In this document: positions 1-12,005 of the stretch, piece after piece
Layout of the letters: each line of letters starts with the position of its first letter
Numbering within the stretch: position 1 is the first letter of the stretch
DNA from: Octopus bimaculoides
Taxonomy: Eukaryota
Assembly: GCF_001194135.2 (NCBI RefSeq)
Contig: NC_068993.1
Span: forward strand, 55,173,925-55,237,861
DNA: 63,937 nucleotides
Direction of reading: 5' to 3'
The notes under the pieces: generated by a model
What the model saw: the letters and a program-made list of their open reading frames with translations, nothing else
What the model was told of the DNA's origin: nothing
Databases searched by the model: none
Position numbers and translations under genes: made by a program

Positions 1-231
1 GGCACATAAAAGACACCATTTCGAGCGTGGCCGTTTTCGTGCGGGTGACACGTAAAAGCACCCACTACACTCTCTGAGTGGTTGGCGTCAGGAAGGGCAT
101 CCAGCTGTAGAAACTCTGCCAAATCAGACTGGAGCCTGGTGTTGCCATCCGGTTTCACCAGTCCTCAGTCAAATCGTCCAACCCATGCTAGCATGGAAAG
201 CGGACGTTAAACGATGATGATGATGATGATG
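1..231 (+). mobile_element. RTE-tail-type non-autonomous retroelement ('family C'), truncated by the window edge
   Basis: ggcgtcaggaagggcatccagctgtagaaac...ccatgctagcatggaaagcggacgttaaacg + (ATG)n tail; similar copies near 900, 12260, 13070, 20200, 20790, 21170, 41505, 43845, 48410, 51735, 54500. Confidence 0.75.
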
Positions 232-2439
232 TAATATAAGGTGGTGAGAAGCTTGAATACATCAGATCTTCTGTCATAATTTTATTCACATCCAGATTGC
301 TTTTGAGGGATATTAAATCAACCCTAGCATTTGTCTGGTACATACTTCCTTTTATCAACTCCAGAAGGAAGAAAAGCAGAATTGATTTCGGAACAGTTTG
401 AACCCAGAATGGTAAGTGTTGCAACATTATACTGCCGGACATTTTGTACAATGTTCAAACAATTCTGCAATCCATTACTTTAAGTTAGATTTAGATAGAA
501 GTGACATATTACTTGCTAGCTCCGAGAAGCAGATGTCATTATTATGGTTGTGATGGTAGTATATCCATATATAAGGAAATAAATTGTATACTGTGATGTG
601 TTGGTGTGTGAATCGTTGCCAGACAACTGAATCATCGTCATTGTCATCCTTTTAACGTCTCCATTTCCATGCTACTATAGGTCGAACAGTGTTTATTGAT
701 TCTCTACAGCCAGATGCAAACTAACTTTGTCTTGAATTAACTTTGGATAAAACAATTTCAACTGAATTGATAAATGGTTCATCACTTTGAGGCTACAGCA
801 ATTGATCTTTGTTCCTCTCTCCATACATTACATTTGTCTTTGTAGTAGGATGTACTGAGGATGACACATTCCTATATTATTTGATTAGCTAACATACCTT
901 CAACATCATCATCATTTAACATGTTTTCTATGCTGGCATGAGTTGGACGGTTTCATAGGAGCTGGCCAAGGCCGAGGACTGTACCTGGTTCCATAGTCTG
1001 TCTTCAGCTTGGTTTGTACAGTTAGATGCCCTTCTGAATGTCAACTACTTTACAGAGTGTACTGGGTGCTTTTTATATGGCACCATGACCAGTGCTTTTC
1101 ACATAGCACCTTGGTTTTAGGGGACAGGTGAGTCTTCTTGCATACAGCAATGTGCCACATATCCTGGTCCTTTCTCCTCTCCTTTATAAGACTCAACATC
1201 TCAGCAATTTTCCCTCAACCTAATTATACTGAAGCTAACTTTAACAACCAATTCCTCTTAGGGATAATCCTTCACTGTATTTCTTACACAACAACCTCAC
1301 AGTTGCACTTTCATATTGCTATCTTTTCCCCCCATCCACGGTCTTGCTAAGTTCACAGCACTGGTTAATGGCCTGAGATAGGTTTCCCCCTTTGAACACT
1401 TAGTCGTCCCCCATTTTATACTCTTCTTGCGTCCCCTCTAACATAATAGTTATCATTTTTTGCACCATTTAAAACATATTGCCAGACAGATCAATCTTTT
1501 AACTATCTTCTATTTGTCTTTTACTTCAAGCCCTTTTGTCTTCAGCTTAATCCTTTTGATACCAGCCTGCTTCAGACTGAACCTGATTCTAGAATATAAA
1601 CTTCCTATTTTAAAGATATCTAAATTAAAGCCATCCATATAAATTTCCTGTTAATTTGCTCCAAACACCAGCTTAGTAAATTCATCATTTTCAAAATTTA
1701 CCGAAACAAAACCAGCATATTTCAACAGAAATATGGCAATAAGACAAGTTAATGTGATATTCTTCAGCAGGGAAAACGTTTGATTAATATAACCATCTTG
1801 TAGTTTCGTTATTTTTTCCTTTTAGTTCAGAGTTAATACGGAATTGCTTGGCTACAGTGAAAGGAGACTCAGATGTGAATCAATCCTAACTGCATACAGC
1901 TGTTCTTATACTTCTTGATGTTGCATGACTGACAGAACCATTAATGACAAATGAATGGATGTATTTATCCTGCTTCCAAAGCTAAGTCTAAAGCACCTCC
2001 ATTCGCTATCACCTTTAATTCAGCCTGAGTCAATATGAAGCCAGGTCTAACTTGTATAATCATTTTGCCCAGCAGTTGTTTTTTGTTTTTTGGAGAGATC
2101 AATGTAGATCAGTCATCTTCTCAATGACTAAAGAAGTCATATCTCGTTATCGTAACAACACAAATAAAATAAAAACATACAAATAAAAGTTGTATAAATA
2201 TTTCGATTTATTTCTGCACAGTAAAATAGTTTTCTTTTTCTCTTCAAACATGCAAATATACACTTGTGTGCAGTCATCTACATACATACATATACACAAT
2301 GACACAGCCACATATATTGGTGTATACACTTACAATTGTATACAGTCCATAAACATACAACCATACTTTAAGGATGACATTTCATATCATTAGACAAAAT
2401 GGTAAATTTTTAAAGGGATTTCAGTAAGATTTTTAAATA

Positions 2440-2456
2440 ATAATAATGATAATAAA

Positions 2457-2493
<37 letters not shown>

Positions 2494-2531
2494 TTACTTT
2501 GAAAAATAAAACCATTAAAATGATGATGATG

Positions 2532-2595
<64 letters not shown>

Positions 2596-2625
2596 TGATA
2601 ATAATAAAAATAAAGAACCAATAAA
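2440..2625. repeat. (AAT)n/(GAT)n microsatellite; others at 14930, 30966, 38231-38300, 47360-47415, 63670-63740
   Basis: Direct reading. Confidence 0.95.
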
Positions 2626-4763
2626 AAAGAAAATGGTGGAACAAATAAATATTATGGAATAAAATTACATGGAGCAAGGATGCAAGATTCTAGAAAAGAG
2701 GGAGAGAAAGAGAGAAGCACCATAGAGATAGCGTAAGACATAATTTTGATGATAACAACTCTTAAATGCCAATATGGCATTTTCTGCTGCTAATTTTTGT
2801 AAAATGGTTGAGTGTGTAATGTTGTTGTTTACTTGCACCAGACAATATTGCTAGCAGTATTATTGTTGTTGTTGTTGTCGTCATTATCTGTTGACTGAAC
2901 AACAATAGCAAAGACGAGATTGCACTCCACAGTCAACAACACAAGTTTCACTTGTACTTCTTTCTCTCAGCTAGAGATATTGATCTGTCAGTAATGAATC
3001 ACTTTTTTTGTGGGGGAAAAAAAAAAGCAGACAGAAACAGCCCTTTTATTCATAAATACATGTATTTTAGTCTTTCATGCTGCCATGGTCATATATACTT
3101 AAGTAGAAAAAAAAAAAAAGGGAAAGGAAAAAAAAAATCAACAACACCAGATTTTGAATCTCATAGAGAAATGTGAGATGGTAGCCATGTATTCTGTGGT
3201 GAGGTGCAGTGAGTAATTTTTAGTTTTTGGTTTCGTTCACTCACTCAATGTCACTTTTTTAATTGTTCATCGGTAGACTTTGCGAATGTGTTTTAAAAAA
3301 AGGTTTCCACTCGCCTGCTCATACAGATCTTTATACAAAGTGTAATTTGGTTTTAAAATTTTATACATTATTATATACATGTGGACAGTCCACTATGGAC
3401 TAAAGTAATATTTAGCTAGACTCAACCATTCCTGCGGGGGAAAAAGTAAGACTGCCAAACAAATGTGTTTGCTTTTTTTTCTATAAATATAGATATAATA
3501 TATATATATATAAATATATAGGAATGTAAAAAGGGTTTTTATTTTTTAATTTTGTTAGATCTTCAGGAGTAAAGCACTCCAGAGGTTTCTGTGTATCAAG
3601 TTAAATTGAACTGAGTCAAATCATAATTAAATAGGCTTTCTTTAGTGATAAGTGCATAGGATTGTTTTCTTCCTATGGGTTGATATTACGTTACGTCATT
3701 TAATTATGATTAAGGGACATGTCAGGCCCTAATAAAAGCCTGAACAGTCTTTCATTGACAAAGCACAATAAAACTTTGGTTGTTACAAGTGTCCTGGGTG
3801 ATTAAGGACAGCTCACACCCTATCAATAGATTGTCATAGTTTATCCACAACACTTGAGAGAGATTGGTTTTTCCTGCTACAAGTACTATCAGGAGAAGTG
3901 AGAGAAAAACGTAACAGTCGGCATTTTGTGCACAATGTATTTAGCAAATGCTCAAACTGTTGTAGCCCACCAGATTTTTTTTTTTTAGACTTGGTAGTTT
4001 GTTCATTCATATCTGCTGCTGTGTTGCCAAGTAACAGAGACAATCCAAATTGCGTTTCATAAAACTTAGAGCGCAAAAAAAAAAAGAAAGAAAAAAAAGA
4101 GGGCAGCAGAGGTTGCTGTTAAGTCACTCCATGAATTGCAATGGAAACTAATCTTATCTGTAATGCTGTTACTAAACTACCAGATTATTGATCTGTAAGA
4201 TTGTGTTCAATGACAATTTTACTAGAATTATTCATTTGGACAATTTAAACTGCTTTTAATAGATTTAAATATGCAGAATTTAAATGGTTTACAAAACAGT
4301 AAACTAGTTGATTTTTCATTAGGAGAGTTGAGGTGTCTACTTTTTAAGAAACAAATAAATGTATCAAAAAAGTTTTTTTTTTCTGTGAAGTATTTGTTTT
4401 TTTGTTTTTTTTAAATACTGAAATCCCTCAATTAACAGAAAAAAAGAGCTCTTGGACATTTTTACAGACATTTGAAAATTTAGTTAAAACAACAATTTAG
4501 AGAAAGTCTATTAGTTGTAATATTTTTGGGAGTTTTAAATATTTTTATATTTTTTAAGCTGCCTTTTTTAAAAGTTTAATCTTTTTTTGGGAGGATACTT
4601 TGTAACTTTTTTGTTTTATCTTTAAAGTTAAAAAACTATCTGTTTAATAAAAAGAATAACTGGAAAAAAATTGTAATTATAAATCTTTGTCCCAGAATAA
4701 AAGACAAGTATACTCAGATTTCCTTTGACAAAATAAAAGACAATACCAAATAAAATTCTGAGC

Positions 4764-5060
4764 TTAATTTGCAGTAACTGGTTGCAGCTTCACACACTCT
4801 TCCTCTCGTTTTTGAAGTATATTTTGGCTACAACTCAGTGGTAAAACCTTTTCTGTATTGGTTGGTGGAGAGAAATACTCTTCATTATACAGGTGCTTAA
4901 TGCAGTCATAAATTTCATCAACTTCAATTTGCTCAAGCCGGCGTTTCACACAAACTCGTTTTTTGTGTCCATAAATTACAGGAGGCTTAGGAAGATGGAA
5001 TTTGGTGCTAAGATAGCGACTGCATTCCTCTCGGCAGTTAATGAGTTGATCAGTTGGAAC
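4764..5060 (-). CDS. CCNI: Cyclin I, terminal coding exon (VPTDQLINCREE...KRRLEQIEVDEIYDCIKHLYNEE...LQPVTAN*)
   Basis: Acceptor ttatctttgctag; 99 codons to TAA; KRRLEQIEVDEIYDCIKHLYNE matches the cyclin I tail motif KRKVEEMEVDDFYDGIKRLYNE. Spliced total 328 aa. Confidence 0.95.
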   Translation of the reverse strand, partial: VPTDQLINCREECSRYLSTKFHLPKPPVIYGHKKRVCVKRRLEQIEVDEIYDCIKHLYNEEYFSPPTNTEKVLPLSCSQNILQKREEECVKLQPVTAN

Positions 5061-5608
5061 CTAGCAAAGATAAAAAATACATACATTTAACATAAAATGA
5101 TATCTGCACAAAAATATCAATTAGATATCTAAATTTCTCTGAGGTCACCCAAATTGCTAAGAACAGCAGTCACATCCCCTCAAAATGATGGATACACTGG
5201 ATAATGAAAACAGAGAGGTAGCCAAAGCTAGAATGCTCTTGATCATAGATTGGCCCATCAAGACCAGCCTGGGGTTAAGTAACAACTGATTAGTCAAACA
5301 TAAGGTTTGAACTCATGACCTGGTAATCAGCAGCCTATTACAGCCTCAATCATCTGCTCCAAGGTTCAACAAACATAGTATGTGCTTTTGATAAAGACAC
5401 TTTGCTCTTAACACATTATCATGCCAGTTACATAAGGTAGAAATTATCAATGGCAGTAGTGGGAGCATAATGTAATGAGTGTTTTGTAACTATTAGCAAT
5501 TCTTGAAATAGACTAGAATCCTATTTATGGCAAGAAATGCTGTATTTCTCAATAGTTTTCAGGAACGTTATCACATATTAATGACTTACTGGAAAAACCA
5601 AAACTTAC

Positions 5609-5839
5609 CTCTGTAATTTTTTGCAGCATCATTGTCAACTGGAGCCACGAGTGAAAGATATGAGACTCTAGTTCAAGGCTGAACACTGCAAGAACCAAAA
5701 CTGATGGGCGGAAGACCATAAACCTATGATTACATAAGCATCGAAAAACCTTGGAAGTCAAGGATGCCAGCTGGTGAGAAGGTGTCATATTACCAAGATA
5801 TAGATACTGTGGGTACATAGAAAGCAACAATGCATGAAT
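5609..5839 (-). CDS. CCNI: Cyclin I, coding exon 5 (IHALLLSMYP...WLQLTMMLQKITE), second cyclin fold
   Basis: Acceptor ttattttcag, donor GAG|GTAAGT, 231 nt, phase 0. Confidence 0.95.
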
Positions 5840-5980
5840 CTGAAAATAAAATAAAAATAATAATCTTATATTTCTGATGGGTTTTGACAAAGTCAATCAA
5901 AATATGCAGTAAATTCTTGATATATCCCCATCTCTTAGGAAATATCCTTTGTAATAAATATTTTACAGAAATATACTTAC

Positions 5981-6121
5981 AGTGTGAAGAAAATCAATGT
6001 GGCTAACATTCCTCAAATTCCAGTCCAGTTTACCGAGAATCTCTCTCTCCATTCGCAAAATTTCAGATACACTACAACCACATTGACTTTCAGCAGCCAA
6101 CTCTCGAGTACTAGGAATAAC
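5981..6121 (-). CDS. CCNI: Cyclin I, coding exon 4 (VIPSTRELAAESQCGCSVSEILRMEREILGKLDWNLRNVSHIDFLHT)
   Basis: Acceptor tttccttgcag, donor ACT|GTAAGT, 141 nt; CGCS.SEILRMER motif typical of cyclin I. Confidence 0.97.
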
Positions 6122-6256
6122 CTGCAAGGAAAAAAAAAATAATAAATAAAGAGGTGTGATTCGAGTGAGCTGTGAATACAGCATTAGGTAATGCTGAAAT
6201 TAAATTCAAACAAATAGAAAGACATTTCTTAGAATGGAAATAAATATTAAACTGAC

Positions 6257-6331
6257 CTCATCTTCTTCAATGGTTTTTGCTGCCAGAAAGAAGCAGGATA
6301 CTGCAACACAGTGAAGATATTTTGGTGGTAC
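6257..6331 (-). CDS. CCNI: Cyclin I, coding exon 3 (VPPKYLHCVAVSCFFLAAKTIEEDE)
   Basis: Acceptor tttttgcag, donor GAG|GTCAGT, 75 nt; close to human HPKYLSCIAISCFFLAAKTVEEDE. Confidence 0.97.
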
Positions 6332-6539
6332 CTGCAAAAATATTGCTTAATTAGCAAATTGATTTTTCAACAGAAATTTTAAGTTAACAGATTAAAGTAG
6401 AAACAATGACCTAAGACAATCAATTATTAAACTGGATCTGTTAACTCAGTACACTAAGTATGAGTAATATACTGACTGATTCGGTCACCAATATCTATTC
6501 TCTATTTAAATACAACAGAAACATGTCTTGTCAAAAGAA

Positions 6540-6895
6540 CTTGTGGCTTCATGGTAAGAAGCTTGCTCCTCAACCACATGATTCCAGGTTCAGTTCCACT
6601 GCATAGCATCTTGAGCAAGTGTCTTCTACTAAAGCCCTGGACTGACCAAAACCTTGTGAGTGAATTTGGCAGATGGAAACTGAAAGAAGCTTGTCAGTTG
6701 TACGTGTTTGTTCTCCACCACTGCCTGACAACCAGTGTTGGTGTGTTTACATCCCCATAACTTAATGGTTTGGCAGAAAGAAACAGAAGTACTAGGCTTA
6801 AAAAAAAATAAGTACAGGAGTCAGTTTGTTCGGCTAAACCCTTCAAGGTGGTGCTCCAGTATGGCCACAGTTCAATGATTGAAACAAGTGATGAA
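6540..6895 (+). mobile_element. tRNA-derived SINE ('family A') in CCNI intron
   Basis: Head ggtaagaagcttgc..caaccacatg.ttcc.ggttcag (B-box-like), body ttgtgagtg.atttgg.agatggaaactgaaagaagc, end gcatggcc.cagt.aaatgactgaaacaagt. Confidence 0.85.
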
Positions 6896-7945
6896 AGGGA
6901 AACCATAACAATAAGGTGTAACACCAACTGCCAGATAAGTAGGTCAGTGTCTGGTACAGCCATATTGAGTCGATCAACTACATCCTGTTAACTAACCAAG
7001 AGAATCTGGAAAAACCCAAACGACATTCCGATAAGCTAAACTTAGAAAATATCAATTACTAACTTTAACCAGTGTGACTCATTATTTAATAATGTAAGGT
7101 TGTCTAACTATTATCAAGAAGGTAACCAATATGACCTTTAAATTGAAGGAACAGATTTCTATGGAGGTGGCCCTATGAATGAAAAGAAACTTGAGCGGGG
7201 CCCTTGATGTAGTCTTGCAGCCAACAATTCCAGGGCAGAGCACAAACCTTGAAGAGATTTCTAATGGAAGTTGCTTCATCAATTAGACAAAATCAGGTCT
7301 AAGGTAGACAAAGCTTAATGATTGAAAATAATACACAACTGTTGTGAGTTTTTATCACTTTGTATTAATTGAGAGTACCATAAAGAAACTGAGCTCAAGC
7401 GGGATACCTTGAGTTTTAAGAGTAGTTCCTTGTTACTTTTCTCTAGATACATGAAAAGATGATAACTAAGCCTCCACTCCTTCAAATGATGAAGTAGATC
7501 CAATTTGAACTGGATGAACTGGGCCAACGAGAGCAAAATGTCTTGGTTATTGACACAAAAAAGCAACCATAATGGAATTTTGTCTAATTTTGATGAAATA
7601 CAGTCACCTCTGCTGTCCTTGACGAAGTTGCTAACTCAATCAACTGTAGTTAGAATTCTTTACAAATGTCTGTCCAAGTTTGAAGAACTATTCAATCAAA
7701 TGACTGAATGTTTCTAAAACAAGATGGATGAGAAGGAGAAATGGAAAGAAAGCAGCTTAATAGATTACAACAGTCATGGGCAACCTGCAGCATTAGAGAC
7801 TTTCTAAATGGGATACCTAATGAAAAAAATTACTGCAAATTGATTCAGCAGTGTGACTAGCCTCATGATGAACCATGTCTCAAATGGTTTGCTACTGCCT
7901 GGATAATAATCACAAAACAACGAAGTCAAAAGGATTACAACATAC

Positions 7946-8074
7946 CTTAACAGAATTAAGGAATCGATCCAATATGTTCAGTGTCAAAGAGACAGTTTCC
8001 GGAGTGAAGTGGAAGTTTCTGTTAACACTAACCAACCATGAAGCAGCCCAGTCTCTCTGAGAGCCTGTAACACA
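7946..8074 (-). CDS. CCNI: Cyclin I, coding exon 2 (CVTGSQRDWAASWL...FTPETVSLTLNILDRFLNSVK)
   Basis: Acceptor ttaatttcag, donor AAG|GTATGT, 129 nt; cyclin-box motifs PET and LDRFL. Confidence 0.95.
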
Positions 8075-8593
8075 CTGAAATTAAGAGGAGGCAGATAATT
8101 AATTAATAAGCTTAAAAGTAGAAGTGCTGCATGTACAAGAAAATCCACATATCAATATAATTAACTAGTATCAGAAGTAGCGCATTAATTATATTTGTTA
8201 GACAAATTTCTATGTTTATTTGAAAGAGGTTTTATTCTTAATACAACCTTAACCTTAATGGGAAGGTTGGAAAGATTTATAATATTTAATGAAGAGAGAA
8301 TGTAAATGTTGTAATGTAAAGTCTTTGCCAAAGGCATCGATGGATTGAAGTAGCTAAAGTTGGTAACAGAAATCAATTCAGGGAATGTTTGGTTTAACCA
8401 AGAGTAGAGTTCTTCATTCTAAACCACTCCTCACTCCAAGAAGAAGATTATCAAATTCTCCCATGTGTCAAAAGAAGACAATAATAATAAATCACTTGAG
8501 CATATCCTTTACTAAAAAGGTAATGTGAGCAATGACCCATTGTTGGATATCACTTATAACTCACTATATTTATGTATGTGTATATATATATAA

Positions 8594-8855
8594 AGGCACA
8601 TAGCCTATTGGTTACAGTGTAGCACTCATGATCGTAAGATTTTGGGGTCGATGCCTGGACCAGGTAGCATGTTGTGTTCTTGAGCAAAACACTTTACTTC
8701 ACGTTGCCCCATTCCACTCAGCTGTAAATGGGCAACCTTGCAACAGACTAGCCTTCTAATCAGGGAGCACCTTGACTTGCTCTCCTAGCCAGCAGGATGG
8801 CACCATTCGAAAGCTAAAACAATGCGAACCACATTGTAACCAGCGATGTATTACA
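8594..8855 (+). mobile_element. tRNA-headed SINE of another family
   Basis: tagcctattggttacagtgt...ggggtcgatgcc head, then tgtgttcttgagcaaaacactttacttcacgttgc core. Confidence 0.55.
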
Positions 8856-10442
8856 ACATCTCGTAGTGTGGTCAATACCATGATGTGATGTGATATCTGT
8901 GTGTGTGCGCATGTGTGTGTGTGTATGTATATCGACACACATGAATAAAATATAAAACATAGTAATTCCTCTTTAAGCAGGTAGGTAGAAGGATATATAA
9001 TAGATTAGATACCCAAAGTATATCTGAAGAACCAAATGTTAAGAAGAGGGGAGAGAGAAGAACATCATGTAATGTTGTCTCCACTTCTCATGAAACGCTT
9101 AAGCAGATGCAAGGCATTTTTCCCAAAGTATGTACAAGTTAAAAGCTGAGAGGTGGCAGGGGGAACAGTCACACACACACACATGCACACTATCCAATTT
9201 CCAAAACTTAAACCAGAAATAACTATATTTGATTAAATTACATGACCTATATGAAATTAATAAAATAATAATTTACTAGCATTTCTAGTATCAAATTCAA
9301 TTTTTTAAAATATTTCTTTCTAATGAAAGTTTATATGGTGATCATTTCACACTACGCCTCTAGACAAGCTGGCAAGAGAAGCCTCTATGTAGCTGCTTGA
9401 TTTGCTAGAAACAAAAGTCAAATCTCCCTAAACTGGCACTCCATAGGTTATGATGATGAATGCTCCAGTCGATCCAATCAATGGAACAGTCTGCTCATGA
9501 AATTAGCTTGCAAGTGGCTGAGCACTCCACAGACACACATACCCTTCATGTAGTTCTCAAGGAGATTCAGCATGACACACCAAATGTGACCAGGCTGGCC
9601 CTTTGAATTACAGGTACAACTCATTTTTGCTAGCTGAGGAGCAATGTGAAATAATGTTCTTGCTCAAAGTTACAATGCGCTGCCAGAGTTCCTTGTATTT
9701 AACTCAGGAAAGTTAAAACCTAAGCAACAGCATTTGAACCAAGAGCAAAGTGCATTTTTGTCTGATGCCATACCAACTCTGCCAGTTACAAGCCTTCTTT
9801 CTGTAAAAACAGTTTCAAACATACACACAAGGACACACGTCACATGCTTTACAGGGAAAGTATAGTCAAATCAACCCTCCAGTATTTGACAATTATCTTA
9901 TTTACTGACCCCAGAAAGACAAAGGTGAAGTGGCTCAGCTAAACTTAGAATCTAATAATCCAGCACTAAATTTTGGGGGAGGGGGCCAGCCGATTACATC
10001 GATCTCAGTATGTAACTGGTACTTAATTTATCGACCCCGAAAAGATGGAAAGCAAAGTCGACCTCGGCAGGATTTGAACTCAGAACATAAAGACAGGCAA
10101 AATACCGCTAAGCATTTTACCCAGCTCGCTACCTAATCCAGCACTAAATACTGCCGTAATACTGACATTTCTGCTATCTTTTGATCTCCCTCTCTAAAAG
10201 TATTCAACTCATAAATGCCTAGTTAAAGAAATACATCTTTGTTGTAAACACTGTTTTGTTCTGTGATGAATTGAAATTTGGGTTTCATTACATCCCTTGT
10301 AATCAAATAAACTTAATTCTCTTAAGGCCTTCTCTAATTACACAATTGAAAGTTCTTAATCAAAATGAAAGATAAAACCACATAATTCCTCGTTGCTAAT
10401 CAATGTAAAGAAAAAAAAACTACGCATAATAATTCAACTTAC

Positions 10443-10556
10443 CGTATCACCATGTCGTCGGAAGAATTTTGCTTTCCATTGTTGCCTCTCCTTGTTGATG
10501 GATTCGGAGAGCATCTGCAACACCTGAGCATCACCAATACCCAAGTTAAACTTCAT
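10443..10556 (-). CDS. CCNI: Cyclin I, coding exon 1 (MKFNLGIGDAQVLQMLSESINKERQQWKAKFFRRHGDT)
   Basis: ATG at 10556; 114 nt, phase 0; donor ACG|GTAAGT; resembles the human cyclin I N-terminus MKFPGPLENQRL...REAQMWK (recalled). Confidence 0.9.
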
Positions 10557-11589
10557 TATGTACGCCTATGTATCTTTTAAAGAAATGACTACCTGCTGGA
10601 GAGATGGTAAGACAAAAAAAGGAATAAACAGAATGAGAAGATGCTCTGTTAAGGTCAGGTGTTGACATATTTAACTCTTTAACATTCAGATTACTCTGTC
10701 AAATGTAATGTTTATTTATTCACATCGCTTCTAATTAGCCACGCATAATCTCACAGCTTCAAAATTTCGATGACGTGATACTAGTTTTTAGAACGACATC
10801 ATAGGGTAGTTGTGAGAGGCTGCATCTGAACGTAAAAACGGGTTGAATATTTGGGCCAAATATGGCAAGTTAAGATGCTAAAGGGTAAATGCAGTACGTG
10901 TATGGGCACACAGTGTATGTATATATGTAACATGTATGTGTGTGTGTGTGTATCCACACACACACATAAGCAGTGGTTTTAGTTTACTTGAAGTGTCGTT
11001 ATACAGAAATAAGATGACAAATGAAGACAGCTTTCTTACAATGCGAAAAAAGAAGGTTAAGCAACCTTTATATATTTCAAGCACAAAGGACCATCAACAG
11101 AAATGAATGGCTCAAATAAGCGTAACTTAATGTAGAGCCTACCTCCCTTTTAACATTGTAACAAGTGCTCCATCTTTATTATTTGTAATTTTACTTATGT
11201 GTGTGTGAAAATAATAATAATAATAATCAGATCATCACCATCATTTTAACATTGACTTCCCCATGCAATGACAATTAAATTCAAGGACACTAGGGTTAAT
11301 AACACACTTGTTAGCAAGGTTTTGACCCAGAGTTACTACCATTTCAGCACTGGAAAAATTTGGTATCCCTTGTCAGTAATGCCCCAGGGTAAAAAAAAAC
11401 AAACGAACAAACCAACCAAAACAAAGCTTTATGATTGAATGTATAGAGAACAGAGACAACTAGATAGTGAATTAATGAAGAAAGTGATTTTCAACTTGTC
11501 AAAGATAAAAAAAAGAAAAGAAAGAGGATGCTGGCGAAAAGGGACATTAAAAGGTGACCAAAAGCCTCACAAGTAGGTTTGGTAGATAG

Positions 11590-11959
11590 AAACTGTAATG
11601 AGCTAATAGTATGTGGTAAGAAGCTTGCTTCCCAACCACATGGTTCTGAGTTCAGCCTCACTGCATGGCACCTTGGGCAAGTGTTATCTACTATATCCTC
11701 AGGCCAACCAAAGCCTTGTGAGTGGATTTGGTAGATGGAAACTGAAAGAAGCCCATTGCATATGTGTGTGTGAGTGTGTGTCCACCATCGCTTTGACAAC
11801 CAATATTGGTTTGCTTACATTCCCATAACTTGGTGGTTCGACAAAAGAGATCAATAGAATAAGTACTAGGCTTACAAAGAATAAGTCATAGGGTGGATTT
11901 GTTTGACTAAAGGCAGTACTGCAGCATGGCCGCAGTCAAATGACTGAAATAAGTAAGAG

Positions 11960-11960
<1 letters not shown>
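11590..11960 (+). mobile_element. Family A SINE
   Basis: Same head, body and tail as 6540-6895. Confidence 0.85.

Positions 11961-12005
<45 letters not shown>

Noticed and set aside
2390-2677. Poly-Ile/Leu/Tyr 'membrane' ORFs (also 38219-38590, 47124-47528)
   Set aside because: Translations of (AAT)n microsatellites.
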